Shown: positions 22,104 through 35,194, counted from the first letter of the stretch. The stretch: DNA of 37,377 bases from Cercozoa sp. M6MM (GCA_040357565.1 JBDODJ010000109.1), one strand, 5' to 3'. Notes: generated from the sequence alone by a model not told the origin. Numbers and translations are program-made.

Positions 22104-22405
22104 CGTCGTTTTACCGATGAGTTTGCAAATCTGGTACAGATCGGCCCAAGACAGCTATCCCCCCAGTAACGCACACAAAATTGAATCCGCACACGCGTGC
22201 GCACAGGTAAACGTAGCGCAAAAGCTCTCTTTGTGCAGTAAAAAAGAAAACGCCACAAAATAATTTCGAAAAGAAATTGTAAGCTGTTTACTGTATAAAC
22301 CGAGATACAGACGCTAGTCCGTGGCTTTTGGAAGTGTTTGGTCTCGTGTGGCATTAAAACAGCACATATTGAAGCCGGGGGAGAGGTGTCACCATCCGAG
22401 GATCA

Positions 22406-23377
22406 ATGTCTTCTCCTCTCCAACAGCAGGAGCTGATGCAACACCTGGTAAATGCGTTTCAATCCGTATGGGGCGTGTTTTTGTGTTACCACTGTGTTCA
22501 CGCAGCGTCCTTATATGCGGATGATCACAACGGGCTGTGGAAACTACGACTGTCCAAACATGTCCACGTGCGTCTCGGCTGGTACCTTTTTAACCTGCCT
22601 TTTGCTTTGCTGCAGTGACGTGTGTATTTGCAGGCGCAGCAGCGGAGACGTCGGCTCAGAGTGCCGTGCGCAAAGCAATCACTTTGTTCCGGCAACAGGT
22701 GCCGCTGTGTGCAGGTTTGGCCGCCCACGCTGCCGACAGCAGCAACGACCCTGCGAAAGTCGAAAGCAAGGTGCCCGAACCGAGCAGAGCAGCTGTCGCA
22801 GACGCCAACGTAATGCATGATGACGACACTTACAGCAAGAAAGCCACCTCTGCCACCGCTGTTGACAACAACGCCGTTGAAGAGACTTTGAATGTCGAAG
22901 TGATCGAACAGGAGAACCGACTCGATTTAGGCATTTTTGAAGAACTCCTGCCTGCTACAATGTCAGGTAAAGCGTGGTTTGTGTTTTCGGGGGCGGTGTT
23001 GTGTGGCGAGTGAAGCTTTCGTGTGATACAGACGACGACGTCGACGAAATTGTCGTCGAAAGTGTTGCCGATATGATCGAAGAGATTCTGGTAGTTTTTG
23101 TTTGTTTGCTGTGCTTTGGATTTTGAAACTGAACAAGGTCGCTTGCTTTTGCAGTCGGAAAGCAAGCTTCGCAGTCTGGCCGACAGTTTCGCTTCGGGTC
23201 AAGCTGGTAGCTTAGTTACGGCAAAGCCGTTGATAGTTTTGTTGTTGTCGTTATCACGTGCTTTGTGTGTGTGCAGTGACGCAATGTCGCCTCGAATTCG
23301 CCGAGTTGGAGCGCTTTCTGTCGTTGCTGCGTCGCTTCCCGGCTGTAGCTCTGTCTTCCCTTTTTTGTGTGTATGTG

Positions 23378-23409
<32 letters not shown>

Positions 23410-26400
23410 ATTCTTGTTTTGTGTTGCCGCAGTTGGCCAAGCGGACGATGAGCACACTGGCTCGCTACTCGATCAGTGCGCGGTATTTTCCGACATAACA
23501 GTGGCTGCTTTTCTCTTTTTGATTGGCCTTAACGATATTGACTGTGACATTGACTGTGTGTTCCGACTACCATTGGATTGTTTCTGTGTATGCCTGACAG
23601 AATGGCGCACAGCAAGGAGGTGCTGGCCCGTTTGGCCGTGGTGCTGTTGCAGGGTTCGGACGTCTTTTTCGACACGGCGCATGCCGACCTCGACACGCAG
23701 ACGCGCGTTGTTGGTCTCGTAGCGCAGTACACCAAGACCGATGTGATCAAGCACACCACCATGTGCGTGCGTCTCGATTTGCACCCGAGCGAGATACTGA
23801 ACACTGTGCGACGCTTGCAGCAGGTAGTGTAGCCGAGTGTTGTGCCATGTGGAGGGCAAAAGCACTCGTATGTGCAGTTGCTGACACTGTGTGTGCACGG
23901 AGATCGGCTGGTGCGGACCAACATTGAACCGGTGCTTCGTGCGCTTGAACTGCTCTACGAGGCTGCGGTATATCTCTCTGTCTATATGTTTCTCTACTCT
24001 ATACATATGTATATATATATTATACAGGTGGGCACACTGACCGGCAGACCACGCGCCAGGAGGTCAGCCTCCGCGTACCACGAATTGGAGGCCGAGTACA
24101 AGTTTAGCAGCGACGCCGTCATGAAGCGCGTTCGCGCCGACGAGAGAGGACAGCTCGTGTCCTACACGGAGTTCTACTCGTCTGCCATGGTGCCTGTTTT
24201 CTCTGCTTTCGCCCAACTGGGCTGAGAAGCTCACATATTGGCGGTTTCTCCAGGGCGACGTGGTTGACTGGCGCGCCGATTTTGGCGCCAGGTTACAGCA
24301 AAACCGACGCATGGCCTTCCGTCCCTCTGGAACACGTGCGTTTCTCCAGTGCTGTTGTTGTGTGTATATGTGGTTTTGCAGAGGAAGGCTTTGCTGTGTC
24401 GGACTTTACATTCCTGTTGGACCCGGCTGCCAAGGCCGAAGTGATGCAGTAGCCTCTCTCCCTATTGCTATTGCTTATGTCTGCGTGTATTCGAGGGTGG
24501 GGTGGGGAAGGTTTATCCATGTGCATGTGCACTGTTCAAAGGCTGCAGAACGCACTGCAGCAGAATACTCAACTACGGCAGTCGCTGGTACATGTTGTTT
24601 CACTCGCATCTGTACTGCCATTGTCTGTATTGTATGCTTGCATGTGTTTGTATTGTGTTTTCAGATGAGAGGCGGTTTGTTTGGCGCTGCGCGTCCCTAC
24701 TGCGTGCTTAGTGTGTACCTTGACCTCTCTGTGTGTTGATGTGGATGGGAAACCTAGGTATGCACACACAGCTACCGCGAGAACCTCGTGCCAAGCACGC
24801 TGACGCAGCTGTCGCGTATGTCCAACGCCGACCTTTTGAAGCCACTCAAGGTTGGTCGCTGTCCTCCCTTGTTATGTACTGTTGCATGTGCTAACGGAGT
24901 TTGTCTGCACAGGTGCACTTTGTCGGCGAAGAAGGCGTCGACGAAGGCGGCGTGCGAAAGGAGTTCTTTGCGCTCATTTTTGAGAAACTGTTCGACCCTG
25001 CTTTTGGTATATGCCTTGTGTTTTTCTTTTGTTTTTTTTCGCTTTGATTTGGACTGTGTGTGCGTGTGTATGTATCTGTGTCTGTGTGTCTGTCTGTGCG
25101 TTTGTGTATGTCTGTGTGTGTGTAGGAATGTTCAAATTCAACGAGGACACGCGCACTTACTGGTTCCAGCCCGACAACTTCTCCTTCGAAGGCGACGTCG
25201 AGGTATTGTTCTCTTTATTCAGTTTTTTTTTTCGGGTGAAGTTTGTCCGTTGGTTTCTCTAGTTTGAAGCGATCGGAAAACTTGTGGGACTCGCTGTCTT
25301 CAACGGCGTGCTGCTGGATCTCAACTTCCCGCGACTGTTCTACAAAAAACTGCTGCGCGAGCCGGCGTCTTCGACGAGCGTAAGCTGTTCTTTTGTCTCT
25401 TTTTTCGTTAGTTAAAAAGAAGCGCGAATGCAGAGCGACTCCTCTTCGGCTGAAAGCGAATCGCGAGGCGAAATCGCGTGCTCGTTGAAGGATTTGGCTG
25501 GTACACTGACCCATATTGTTCCGACATCTGCACATGCACCATTCGAGCAGAGTTCGATCCGGAACTGGCCAGTGGACTGCAGAAGCTACTCGAATACAAC
25601 GAAGGCAGCGTGGAGGACGTCTTCTGTCGCACGTTCGCTGTGAGCTTCGAAAAGTACGGCGCGCCTGTCGTTGTTTCTCTGGTGCGTTTTTCCTTCGTTC
25701 GACTCTTCCGAGAGTACAGTGGTTTTGTTGACGCAACGTTTGAGTTCTGTGCAGATCCCGGATGGCGATCAAGTACCAGTCACTGAGGAGAACAGAGAGG
25801 ACTATGTTAAGTATGTTGTCTGTTATCTTCTGAGTGTGTGTGTGTGTGTGTCGCTTATGGTTGTGTTCTGTGAGAGTAGGGCCTATCTAGACTGGTTCTT
25901 CCACTGGGGTTGCGAAAAACGATTCGAAGCTTTCAAGCGAGTACGTTGTTTCGAGTGCTCCTATCTTTCTACTTCTTCTTTGCGTGATCTATTCTACTGC
26001 TTAACAGGGTCTACGTGCCGTGGCTGCACACTCAGACAGTACGATTGGTGTCTCTCATCTCGTTGGTTTCTTCATTCCGGTCTCTGTGTGCTGTAGTGTG
26101 GAAGCACCTGCGAGCCGAAGAACTCGAACAGATGATTCTCGGCAACCCTGCGCTGGACTTTAACGCACTCAAGAGCTCCGCTCGATACGACGGCTACAGT
26201 CCAGATGATGAAGTTGTCCAGTGGCTTTGGGTACCTTTTTGGCTTTGATGGAGATGGTACCAATGCCTCTTCATTTGTGGTTTCTTGTGTGTAGGAGCTG
26301 TTGATTTCGGAATTCGATGCTGAGACTCAGAAGAAGTTCCTCGAGTTTGCAACTGGCTCGAGTCGCGCGCCAGTTCGTGGCTTGGGCGATCTGCGGATGG

Positions 26401-26728
26401 TTATCGGTACTCTTTGTCGCATGCTGTTTCTTTTTGGTTTGTTTCTGCTTGTACGTCCCATCTTGCAGTCAAGAACGGAAATGACCTAGACGGTCTAGAG
26501 GCCAGATTGCCGACTGCTCATGTTAGTTCTCGGATCTGGGTATGTCTTGCTTTACTGTTGTTTCTTTGCAGACTTGCTTCAACGCGCTCATGATTCCTCA
26601 GTACCGGAACAAGGGTATTTTCTTGCTTGTTCGCGCGGCTGTGTTCTTGTTTGCATCTCTTCCTAGACAAGTTGCGCCGTCTCCTGCTGCTTGCTATCCA
26701 GAACTCGCGTGGGTTCGGTCTAAAGTAA
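22406..26728 (+). CDS. UBE3A: HECT E3 ubiquitin ligase with N-terminal AZUL zinc finger (UBE3A/E6AP-like)
   Basis: [17 protein letters not shown] (AZUL: GCGNxxCxNxxC); [10 protein letters not shown]; DLLKPLK|[19 protein letters not shown]; [20 protein letters not shown]; [10 protein letters not shown]; [14 protein letters not shown]; RLPTAH|TCFN (catalytic Cys); QNSRGFGLK*. Confidence 0.9.
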
Positions 26729-27490
26729 CCAACGTCAACCGAATTAGTGACGAAGCGCAGCGCAGGTGTTGGTAAGTTAGTTCCGGAGGTGCTACCACAC
26801 ATGTCGATGTGGCCGCGCTGCATCACAGAGCTGTCGCGTCACGCTACTTACGATAGTTTTATTGTTACCGCAGCCTTTGAGAAATTGTGCAAAAGAGTAC
26901 TATGCCAGGAAAAAGACTAAAGAAACAAATGGAATCGGTGTGAAGAAGAATTGAGTCAGTAGACGTAGTCAGTTCAGATGTAGTTACCCCAAGATAGGGT
27001 CGGCAAAGTAGAGGAAGTAGACAGGTCGGGAAGGATGAGAGGCCCGGTAGTTAGAAGAAGGAGAAGGAGGGACGTAAAGGAGAAAAAGAAAGGCTCTCTG
27101 TGCTGGGAAGACAGCAACAAGGGATTCCGTGAGAGTGCAAGGGCTGGAGCCTGGAGAGGTACTTTACCTGGTGAGTAGAGAGCCTTTTCAGGAAAGGAGC
27201 AAAATCTTGCTCTTTCGAGGTCAGTCTACCAAACACAGGGTAAGGAGGTTAGCAACACTCTCGGAGGTCAGGGTACCAGACAAACACAATACACCACACT
27301 TCTCAAAGTGCTCAATGAATAGCTTTCTTCCGCGCGGAGCACCAGAACTCAGACAGATCTGACTGGCCGGATGGAAAATACCGTTTCGTAACATTATTAT
27401 CGCTTGGTCGGCAGGATAGTTAGTTCGTGAACATGAAGACAAAGCCATAAAATCCGACGAGGGACGAGAGCTGCCACCCCAGAGAAAAGC

Positions 27491-30223
27491 TTAAGGGCGA
27501 GGCCGCATTTCGTTGCTTGTAGACCATTTCCATGTCGCACTCTTCCTCTTGAACGGCTTGCTGGACAGAGGGAGTGTTGGAGCTTGGATACTCATGACAG
27601 ATCTGAGTGTGGACGTTGGAGACTCGGCTGGTGGCAGGCGACGCGTTTGGTACCTAAAAACACAGGCTGAGATAGCTGGATGCGTGGTGTTTCCTGCGAT
27701 GTAAAATGGTACATCAATCCAAGGCATGCGAAATCCGAACTTGCACGAGCTTTCGCAGTGCTCGAAGCGCAGAGAAACGTCGCTCAGGTCGAAGTTGGCA
27801 GAGGCCACATCGAGCAGTATGCCGTGCATGTAGCCTAGTGCCGATGTGCCAGTTACTCTTGACACGCGCACTCTTGCATCAGAAGACTGACTGGCGAGTG
27901 ACAGTACGCGATAGGGATACACGACTGACCGTGCGTCTGTCCACACGCAGGAATGACTGGGGTGGGTTGGGTTTAAGAGATAGTACTCAGCACGGAGACG
28001 TCCAAGACTTGGACATCCTTAGCATCGCCGGCATTGATGGTTAGTCTGTTCAGTACCACATGGTTATTAATGTGTTAGGTATAGGAGGAAGAGAAGAAAG
28101 CATACGCCGCGCGTGTCAACTCAGTGTAGTGAACGGAAGGATTGTGAATCGACACTTTGTTGACTCGGACGGGTTTGTCAGAGTGTCCGACTCGTTGCAC
28201 ATCGACAATGCCGTGCAACGTCGTCATTGGTGTCTCGGGTGTCACACTCTCTGCCGATACATTGTGCAGGTCGATGGCGCCCTGTAATACCCACATTACA
28301 TACACACATACACACATACATACATGCTCACACACATGCATACATACGTACATGCATCGCAGTATACCCGAGTAGCAACATGAAAGGCGGGCCCAGAGGT
28401 GACAAAGGCAAAGTGATGTAGTTGCAGGTCGGCCTCTTGCTGCGTTCGGATTCGCACCACCGGATCCACCGGTGTCGAGTCGCAGTTGCCAGTGCACGTA
28501 GCCCCCAGCACCGAGAGACTCGTCGTGTTGACCAAGTGCAGCAGCGGCTGCCGCTCGTAGCTCCCAAAGGCGTGCACGCTGTGTATCGAGACGACACCTT
28601 GGATGTGTACGTCAAACACTGCGACACAGCCGCCGATGGAATGGCCGCTACATCGCACCTTCTGAATGGACAGACTACGCGTCCCAGCGGCACCAGTAAC
28701 CGACACGGCACCACCGAACTCTCGCACTGCGACACGACACTCGAGACAATCGATGTCTCGGATCAACATGTCTCCTGCCTCGTACACTTTGACTAAGCCT
28801 CCCGTGGCCTGTCAGTTCGAGGTTGGTAAAACACTAAAAGCACATGTAAGCACTGGAAAACCAAGCACCTCGCGTTCCGCAGTCATATTGCTGGCAGTGA
28901 CATTGCGTACCGTCACCTGACCACCGCCCTGCAGTAGCAGGCCCAGACTCGATTGATCCACATGCTCGCGCATACCGCCTGGCATCGCAAACACCACGTT
29001 GCGGAATGTGCTGTTTTCCTGAGGACAAAAGAAAGGCGAAAACTCAGACTGGAAAAGCGGTAAACAAGAGGGAAGAGGATGCTACCAGACGAAAGCTCGA
29101 GTTGGCATCAATCTGGGGAGAAGGCAGACGCGTCCAAAAGGGCACCGACGTGAAAGCACTGTTCTTGACATCGACTGAGAGCGACACCTGGTAGGTCTCG
29201 TACTCTGGGAACAGCGCCTGCGTCTCTTCGATGACTGGACGTGTCATCATGACGTTCTCGATGTGTACATCTCGGATACGCATGCGTGCCGACACAACGT
29301 AACTCCGCAGGTCCAACATCAGACCGCCGTACAGTCGGAACGTGTCCAGCGTGTACTTGTTCAGCAGCACACCACTCAGCTCGGTCTCGGCTGCGTGGGA
29401 AACCAACAGAGGTCGTCGGATAGGGTCGTCTTCTTCCTTACTACGCACATTGAGGATTGCAAAATAGCTGAGTGCGGAGAGCGAACAAAGAAAGAAGCGT
29501 ACAAGCGAGTCAGCTGCTCCTCGCCGCACAATGAATCGAAACCGAACTCAATGTCGATAAAGCGCAAACGGCGCACATACGGACCCTATTAAGTATCCGA
29601 ATTATTTTATTCGTAATAGAAAGCGAGGGCACTAGTACCACTCTCAGCATCAAGCAGGGCAGCGTTGCGATCTCTCCTTCGACGGAACTCCGGATATCGA
29701 TGTCAAGACCCGTGAGGTCGTAATACGGAATGTGCGTGTCGATCACGACCTTCATCAGCTCGGCTTGCTGCCTGCCCGGCTCGATGTAGAAGGTCTAAAA
29801 GGAGTTTACAAGCTCTTCTTTGCCCTCTCTTGCGAAGAGACGGTACCAGTTTCGTGTAACCGCGGTGTCGCGAGAGGTAGAATGTGTCATTCTTGACTGC
29901 TGCTTGCAAGTTGCTGCACGGAGTGACTTCCTGTCCAAACGAGTCCACATACGATATGAGGTTTGTGCATGTTCTGGCATACGCTGGTACCGATCCACAG
30001 TACTCGCCATCGTGCGCTTTTCTACACAATTTGCCCGATGACAGAGCAACCGACAAGGGGAGAAACACCACTAAAGAAAAAGAACGAAACAAAAGCATGA
30101 ATGTGCTCGCTAAACGTACGGATTAGTGTGTGAGATGTAAAACTTGTCGGTTGGGTAGTAGATAACCTGGCTGAGCGATCTGCCGATGATTGTGCAGATC
30201 ACCGCCAACAAGAGGCACCGCAT
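27491..30223 (-). CDS. Secreted or surface protein, probable right-handed beta-helix (pectin-lyase-like); 3' end uncertain, may extend to about 26985
   Basis: Signal peptide MRCLLLAVICTIIGRSLS, then YISHTNP|KAHDGEYCGS|EVTPCSNLQAAV (Y-I-S...D...CGS...PC-x-x-L-x-x-A cap motif). Beta-strand repeats follow (ENSTFRNV, VTVRNVTASN, FGGAVSV, IGGCVAV, LHNVSA). Confidence 0.6.
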
Positions 30224-30730
30224 CGTGCCAGCACCCGCAGTTGACGCGGGCACTCGTGGCAAAACTGGCCCCAAAACCCGAAAAACGATGTGCCTGCTGA
30301 CTCTTGACGCCTTCAAATCACCGTTAGAGAACAGTGCGAACGTCTCGAGCTTGCCATAACATTTGCACACTCTAGGACAGTCGTTTTTAGCGATCCTCGA
30401 TCCTTCAGTTAGGCGTCGTGCAGAAGGTACCGCGGCGGGCGACACAACAGGACAACAGGGACTTAGCAGGCACTCAGTACTGTACGAGTACCCATCCGTT
30501 GCATCACCAACCCACAGAAGCACCCCGCCGTTGCAAACAGCTGTTGCTGTGCTAGAAAAAACTGCAGCGCTTAATTCACAGGCAAATTAAGAAGACAAAC
30601 AAAGCCCAAGAGGTTTAAGGCCAACTTGAGCGTATCTTAACTTATAATTACACGCGCTGCAGCGCAAAAGCAAGGTTCAGCTTGCAAAGCACCCACCAGT
30701 TCTTTTTGTGTGCAGAAGGCGAACGTTGTC

Positions 30731-32651
30731 ATGTCAAAGAGCTCATCACTGCTGGCGTCGTCGCGTGCCACAGCGCGCGCCTTCCTCGACTATGTGAATG
30801 CGTCGCCCTCGCCATTCCATTGGTGCGCACAATGTTCTCTGATTATTGCTATTTGAGTGTGCTTGCTGGGTAGCTGCGAGAAGACGGCGGCCATGCTCGA
30901 AAACGCTGGGTTCCGCCGCATTTCCGAACGCTCTGCCGACCACGTGCAGCTTCTTTATTAGAGTGTCTAGAGCTTTGGCATTTATTCGATTTGTTTTGCT
31001 GCAGTGGAAACTGGGCCCGGGCGACATGTGCTACTTCACGCGTAACCAGGTACAGTCGAACTCGTCTTGCTGTACTGGGGCGACTGACTAAAACGAGCGT
31101 CGTTTCTCACTCGTGCAGTCGACGATTGTTGCCTTTGCCATTGGCAAGGAGTGGAAGTCGGGCGACGGCTTTGCCATGCTGGGTGCACATACGGACTCGC
31201 CATGCCTGCGGTGAGTCCTGCTGCCTTTGCTCATTTGAGCTGGAAACCGTGCTTTGTGGGGACGTAGTTTGAAACCGCGCACAAAACTTGGCAAACAAGG
31301 TTCTTTGTCCGCAATTTCTTTAATCTGTATTCTTGCATGAGGTTGTGTGAGTTTTTTTAGGTGTGCTTCAGCTCGCTGTTGAAACTTACGGCGGCGGACT
31401 CTGGCACACGTATGCTGTTGTGCCATTGAGGGAAGGGGAGCGGTAAAGGAGGTACTCCTGTCTTCTGGCTGATCAGGTGGTTCGACCGTGATCTGTCGCT
31501 CGCGGGCCGTGTCATTGTGCGAAACGGCGACTCGTACACTGTAGAAGCTTTTGTTTGAACTGCAATTTTGCCTGTGTCGATGTCTTGCCTCTGTTGCAGA
31601 CACGTCTGGTGCGCATTGATCGTGCTCTGCTCAAGATCCCGATGTACTGACTGTCTCGAGTCATCTATCTAGGTTGCTGCTTGTATATTCAAGTTACAAT
31701 TATTAGGTTGGCAATCCACCTGAATCGCACGATTCGTTCCGACGGATTGTACCGCTGTTGTCTCTATGTGTGTTGTGTCGAAACAAAGAGTGTTGTCACG
31801 GTGTCCTTGCAGCAAGCCGAACCCGGAGGACCACCTGCAGCCTGTACTCTATTTATTAGTACTTTGCACTAGAGCAGTTTCAGTTTTTCTATAGGTGCTT
31901 GCGACCGAGATTGCGGCTGCACTGGAGGCGCCCAGTGTAGCTTCGGCTTTCTTGTGTATGTGTATCTTGTGTAACTTAGGTATGTTGCTGGCTAGACCGT
32001 GCCTGTGCCGGAGCCGGAGAGCGAAGCGAACGATGAGGCGAAACTGATCGGCGCTGACAGTTACACGGCCAGTCAGCAGGACGAGCACCATGCCACTCTG
32101 TAGCTACTCTTTACCCTCCCCTTGACCCCCTACACCCTTAATCTTTACCCCTGTGCCCTTACCCTTTACCCCTGTGCCCTTACACTTTACCCTTGTGCCC
32201 TTACCCTTTACCCCTGTGCCATTACCCCCCTCCCGTACCCGCATGATGTTTCAGTCTCGAGTTGCTGTCGCAAGAGCTGCACGAAAGCGTCGACAACATC
32301 GCGAACTTTGAGTTGTTCCTATATGGTGTTCCCTTTTATGCGGGTAAACAGGGCGGGAAGGATGACATGAGGTTATAATGGGCAGACACGCAGCCGTCCT
32401 CGCTGATTGGCGTGCACGAGGAGTTCGTGTCGTCGCCGCGACTGGACAATCAGCTGATGTCCTTCTTGGGCATTCGTGCCCTCATTGGTACTTGCGCTTG
32501 TGGTCGCTTTGTTCTACTTCTGACCACTGCCTTTGAGTAGACTCGCTGGCGTCGCTGGAAACCGACAACAAGGTTCGCATCGTCGCTCTCTTTGACAACG
32601 AGGAGGTACCGTTTTAATAGAAGCTAAAGGGGTAGAGGAAGGGACCAAACT

Positions 32652-32709
<58 letters not shown>

Positions 32710-33750
32710 GTGTCTGTGTGTGTATATGTGTGTGTATGTGTGTGTGTATAGGTGGGCAGTCAGTCGGACCGCGGCGCAGGCGGCGACGTGCTTAAGCAGA
32801 CGATGCAGCGCATCGAGTCGAACGACTGTGCCACCTACGCTGCCGCCGTGCGCAACTCGCTCCTTGTGTCAGCTGGTGCCCTTTGCTTCTACTTTATTTT
32901 CTCTACCCTTTTACCTTTACCCCTACCTCTATGCCCTTTTCCCTTTGTCCTATATCTTTTTTTCTTTACCCTTTACCTTTTGCCCTTTGCTCTTTACTCT
33001 TGCTCTTTACCCTGTAGACATGGCACATGCCGTGCATCCGAACTACGCGAACAAGCATGACACGCTGCACCGCCCGTTGATCCACAAGGGTACTTGTGCC
33101 TGCTATCAACTACTTCCTGTGACTCAACTCTATGCCTCGCTTTGACTGGACAGGTTTGGTCTTGAAGACCAACGTGAACGAGCGTTATGCGACCAATCTG
33201 CACACGGCGCATGTGCTGCGCGAGGTGGTACATTGAGTGTTTTCCCCCTCCTCCACCTACCCTTACCCCTACCCTTACTCTACCTTTACTCCTACCCCTA
33301 CACACCTGCGAAGGCACGTCGTCACAAGTTGCCGCTGCAGCAGTTTTCCGTGCGAAACGACATGGGCTGTACCCTGAACTAATTGCGACCCTTCCCCCCC
33401 CTTTATTCCTTAACCCCACCCTTGCTGCAGGCGGCAGTACGATCGGTCCGATCAGTGCGGCGAATCTCGGCGTGCGCGTCGTCGATGTCGGTGTGCCGCA
33501 GTGGGGCAGTACCCTTGGCTTTACCCCCACCCGTTGCCTCCTTCCCCTTTACCCCCGTCCCGCAGTGCACAGCATTCGCGAGACGTGTGGCGTTGTGGAC
33601 ATTGAGACCACGCGTTGTCTCTTCACTGCCTTCTTTGACGAGTTCTCTCAGGTTAGTCTCTGTTGCTGACTCTAGCTCGACGATAGTCTCGGTACTTTGT
33701 CATGTGGGGTTTGTGGACAGATCGACACGGCCATTGACTACAGCGAGTGA
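30731..33750 (+). CDS. DNPEP: Aspartyl aminopeptidase, peptidase family M18 (22 exons)
   Basis: [13 protein letters not shown]...GAHTDSPCL...[22 protein letters not shown]...LAIHLNR...SPRLDN...FDNEE|VGSQS...SA|[10 protein letters not shown]...RNDMGCGSTIGPI...[14 protein letters not shown]. All 21 introns are GT-AG and keep frame. Confidence 0.97.
32126..32230. repeat. Intronic 21-nt minisatellite (ACCCCTGTGCCCTTACCCTTT) about x4
   Basis: Directly visible in a DNPEP intron; produces the LYPCALT repeat ORF artefact. Confidence 0.9.
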
Positions 33751-33782
33751 GCCAAATCGGATTGCCATAATCCACCGCCCGC

Positions 33783-33851
33783 TTAGGGATTTAAAGTTCC
33801 CCAGGACATCAAATAGTCTCAGTAGTGCAAGCAGTATCGCTAACTCATCAC
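33783..33851 (-). ncRNA. Possible (degenerate) box C/D snoRNA
   Basis: C GTGATGA 33851-33845, D' CTGA 33822-33819, C' TTGATGT 33812-33806. The D position reads CTAA and there is no terminal stem. Confidence 0.3.
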
Positions 33852-34107
33852 ACCAACCGACGAGGCGTATTATAAGTACCCTTGACATGGTGCAGGTCCT
33901 TCCTGTTAGTTTTACTGCTGTGCTGCCGTGCCATCCATAAAGAAAGTCGACTGAATCCACCGCGTCGGTACTGCGTCGGTCCACAGACCGTCTGGGACTG
34001 GCTGCTGTTCACGTCAGTTATAATTAACTTCCAGTCCTAGCTATTGTCGACACACTCTATCGAACATTTAGACAATATTGTAGTTTCCCTTAATAATACA
34101 GTACTAG

Positions 34108-35150
34108 TTACCACCCCCTTGGAGCACGGCGAACGAAACTGAGAAGCCACAGTATAGTTGCTGCGAATTCGAACTGCCAGGGTGGTGTCACTTCACGGCA
34201 ATGCAAACTAATAGAACAATTTGACGATGATGCTTGCACCAACTCGCCCAATTCAAGTTGCAAGTCGAGTCGTGCGAGTTGCGGGTGACGTGCGACAGAA
34301 AACGAATCAAAGACGGGGGGCGCAGAATCGGACGTGGGCTTGACGGGGTTAGACTGCAAGGACAGGAGCAAGACGAGATAGAACGTCGTGTCTGAGTGTC
34401 GAGACATGCGACGCGCGACAGAGCGACTTGGAGACGTTTCTTTTGTTTTGTGCGGCTTTGCGCTTTGTGACTGACCAGGCTATTTCAGCTACGTTCCTGT
34501 TGTTGTTCAGAGTGCTGCTGCGACGTGCGTTCCATATGCTCGCACTCGACGAGCTAACACAAAAACGATCCAATAAATCAATCAGACAGTCGATTTAAAC
34601 CAACTGACAAGAAAACTGTTTTACCTTGACCAGACGGACTCGCGAGTGTGCTTTGGCACGCAAGCACACCTGCTCAGGCAACATTGGACTGCGTTGACGC
34701 AGCGAGTACGAGTTCGTGCTGACTTGGCTGCTCAAAGAACCGGTCAGTCAGTTTCCAGTTCATGTCCTTCTTCACTTCCCAAGAAGAAACGCAGCAGCTG
34801 CATACCAACAACGAGCGGAGCGACGCTGAGCGAGCGACGGCACAGGAATCTTTCCATCATCATCCTAAAACAGCATCCCGCACAGTGAGTGCAACACCAA
34901 ACAAGACAAAGCAGTGTAGCGCACCTGCTGCGTTCGTAGCTCTTCTGCCATATGCATCATCTGCTGCTGTGTAACACGGCAAAATCAATTCAATGAGTCG
35001 TCTGTCAAAAGGAAGCCAAATCAAAGCCGAAGAAGTACAACAAGTTCAGCATTGAGCAGATGCGCGTCGCCGCTTGTCAGCGTCTCCAGCAACCGAGCAC
35101 TCACGTCGCTGCGCATGCGTGGCAGTCCGTGCGGCATCGCGTCCATCTGT

Positions 35151-35194
<44 letters not shown>

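Noticed and set aside
27417-27430. 12-mer ACGAACTAACTA (minus strand) identical to the LINE tail
   Set aside because: No adjacent LINE homology; low-complexity match.
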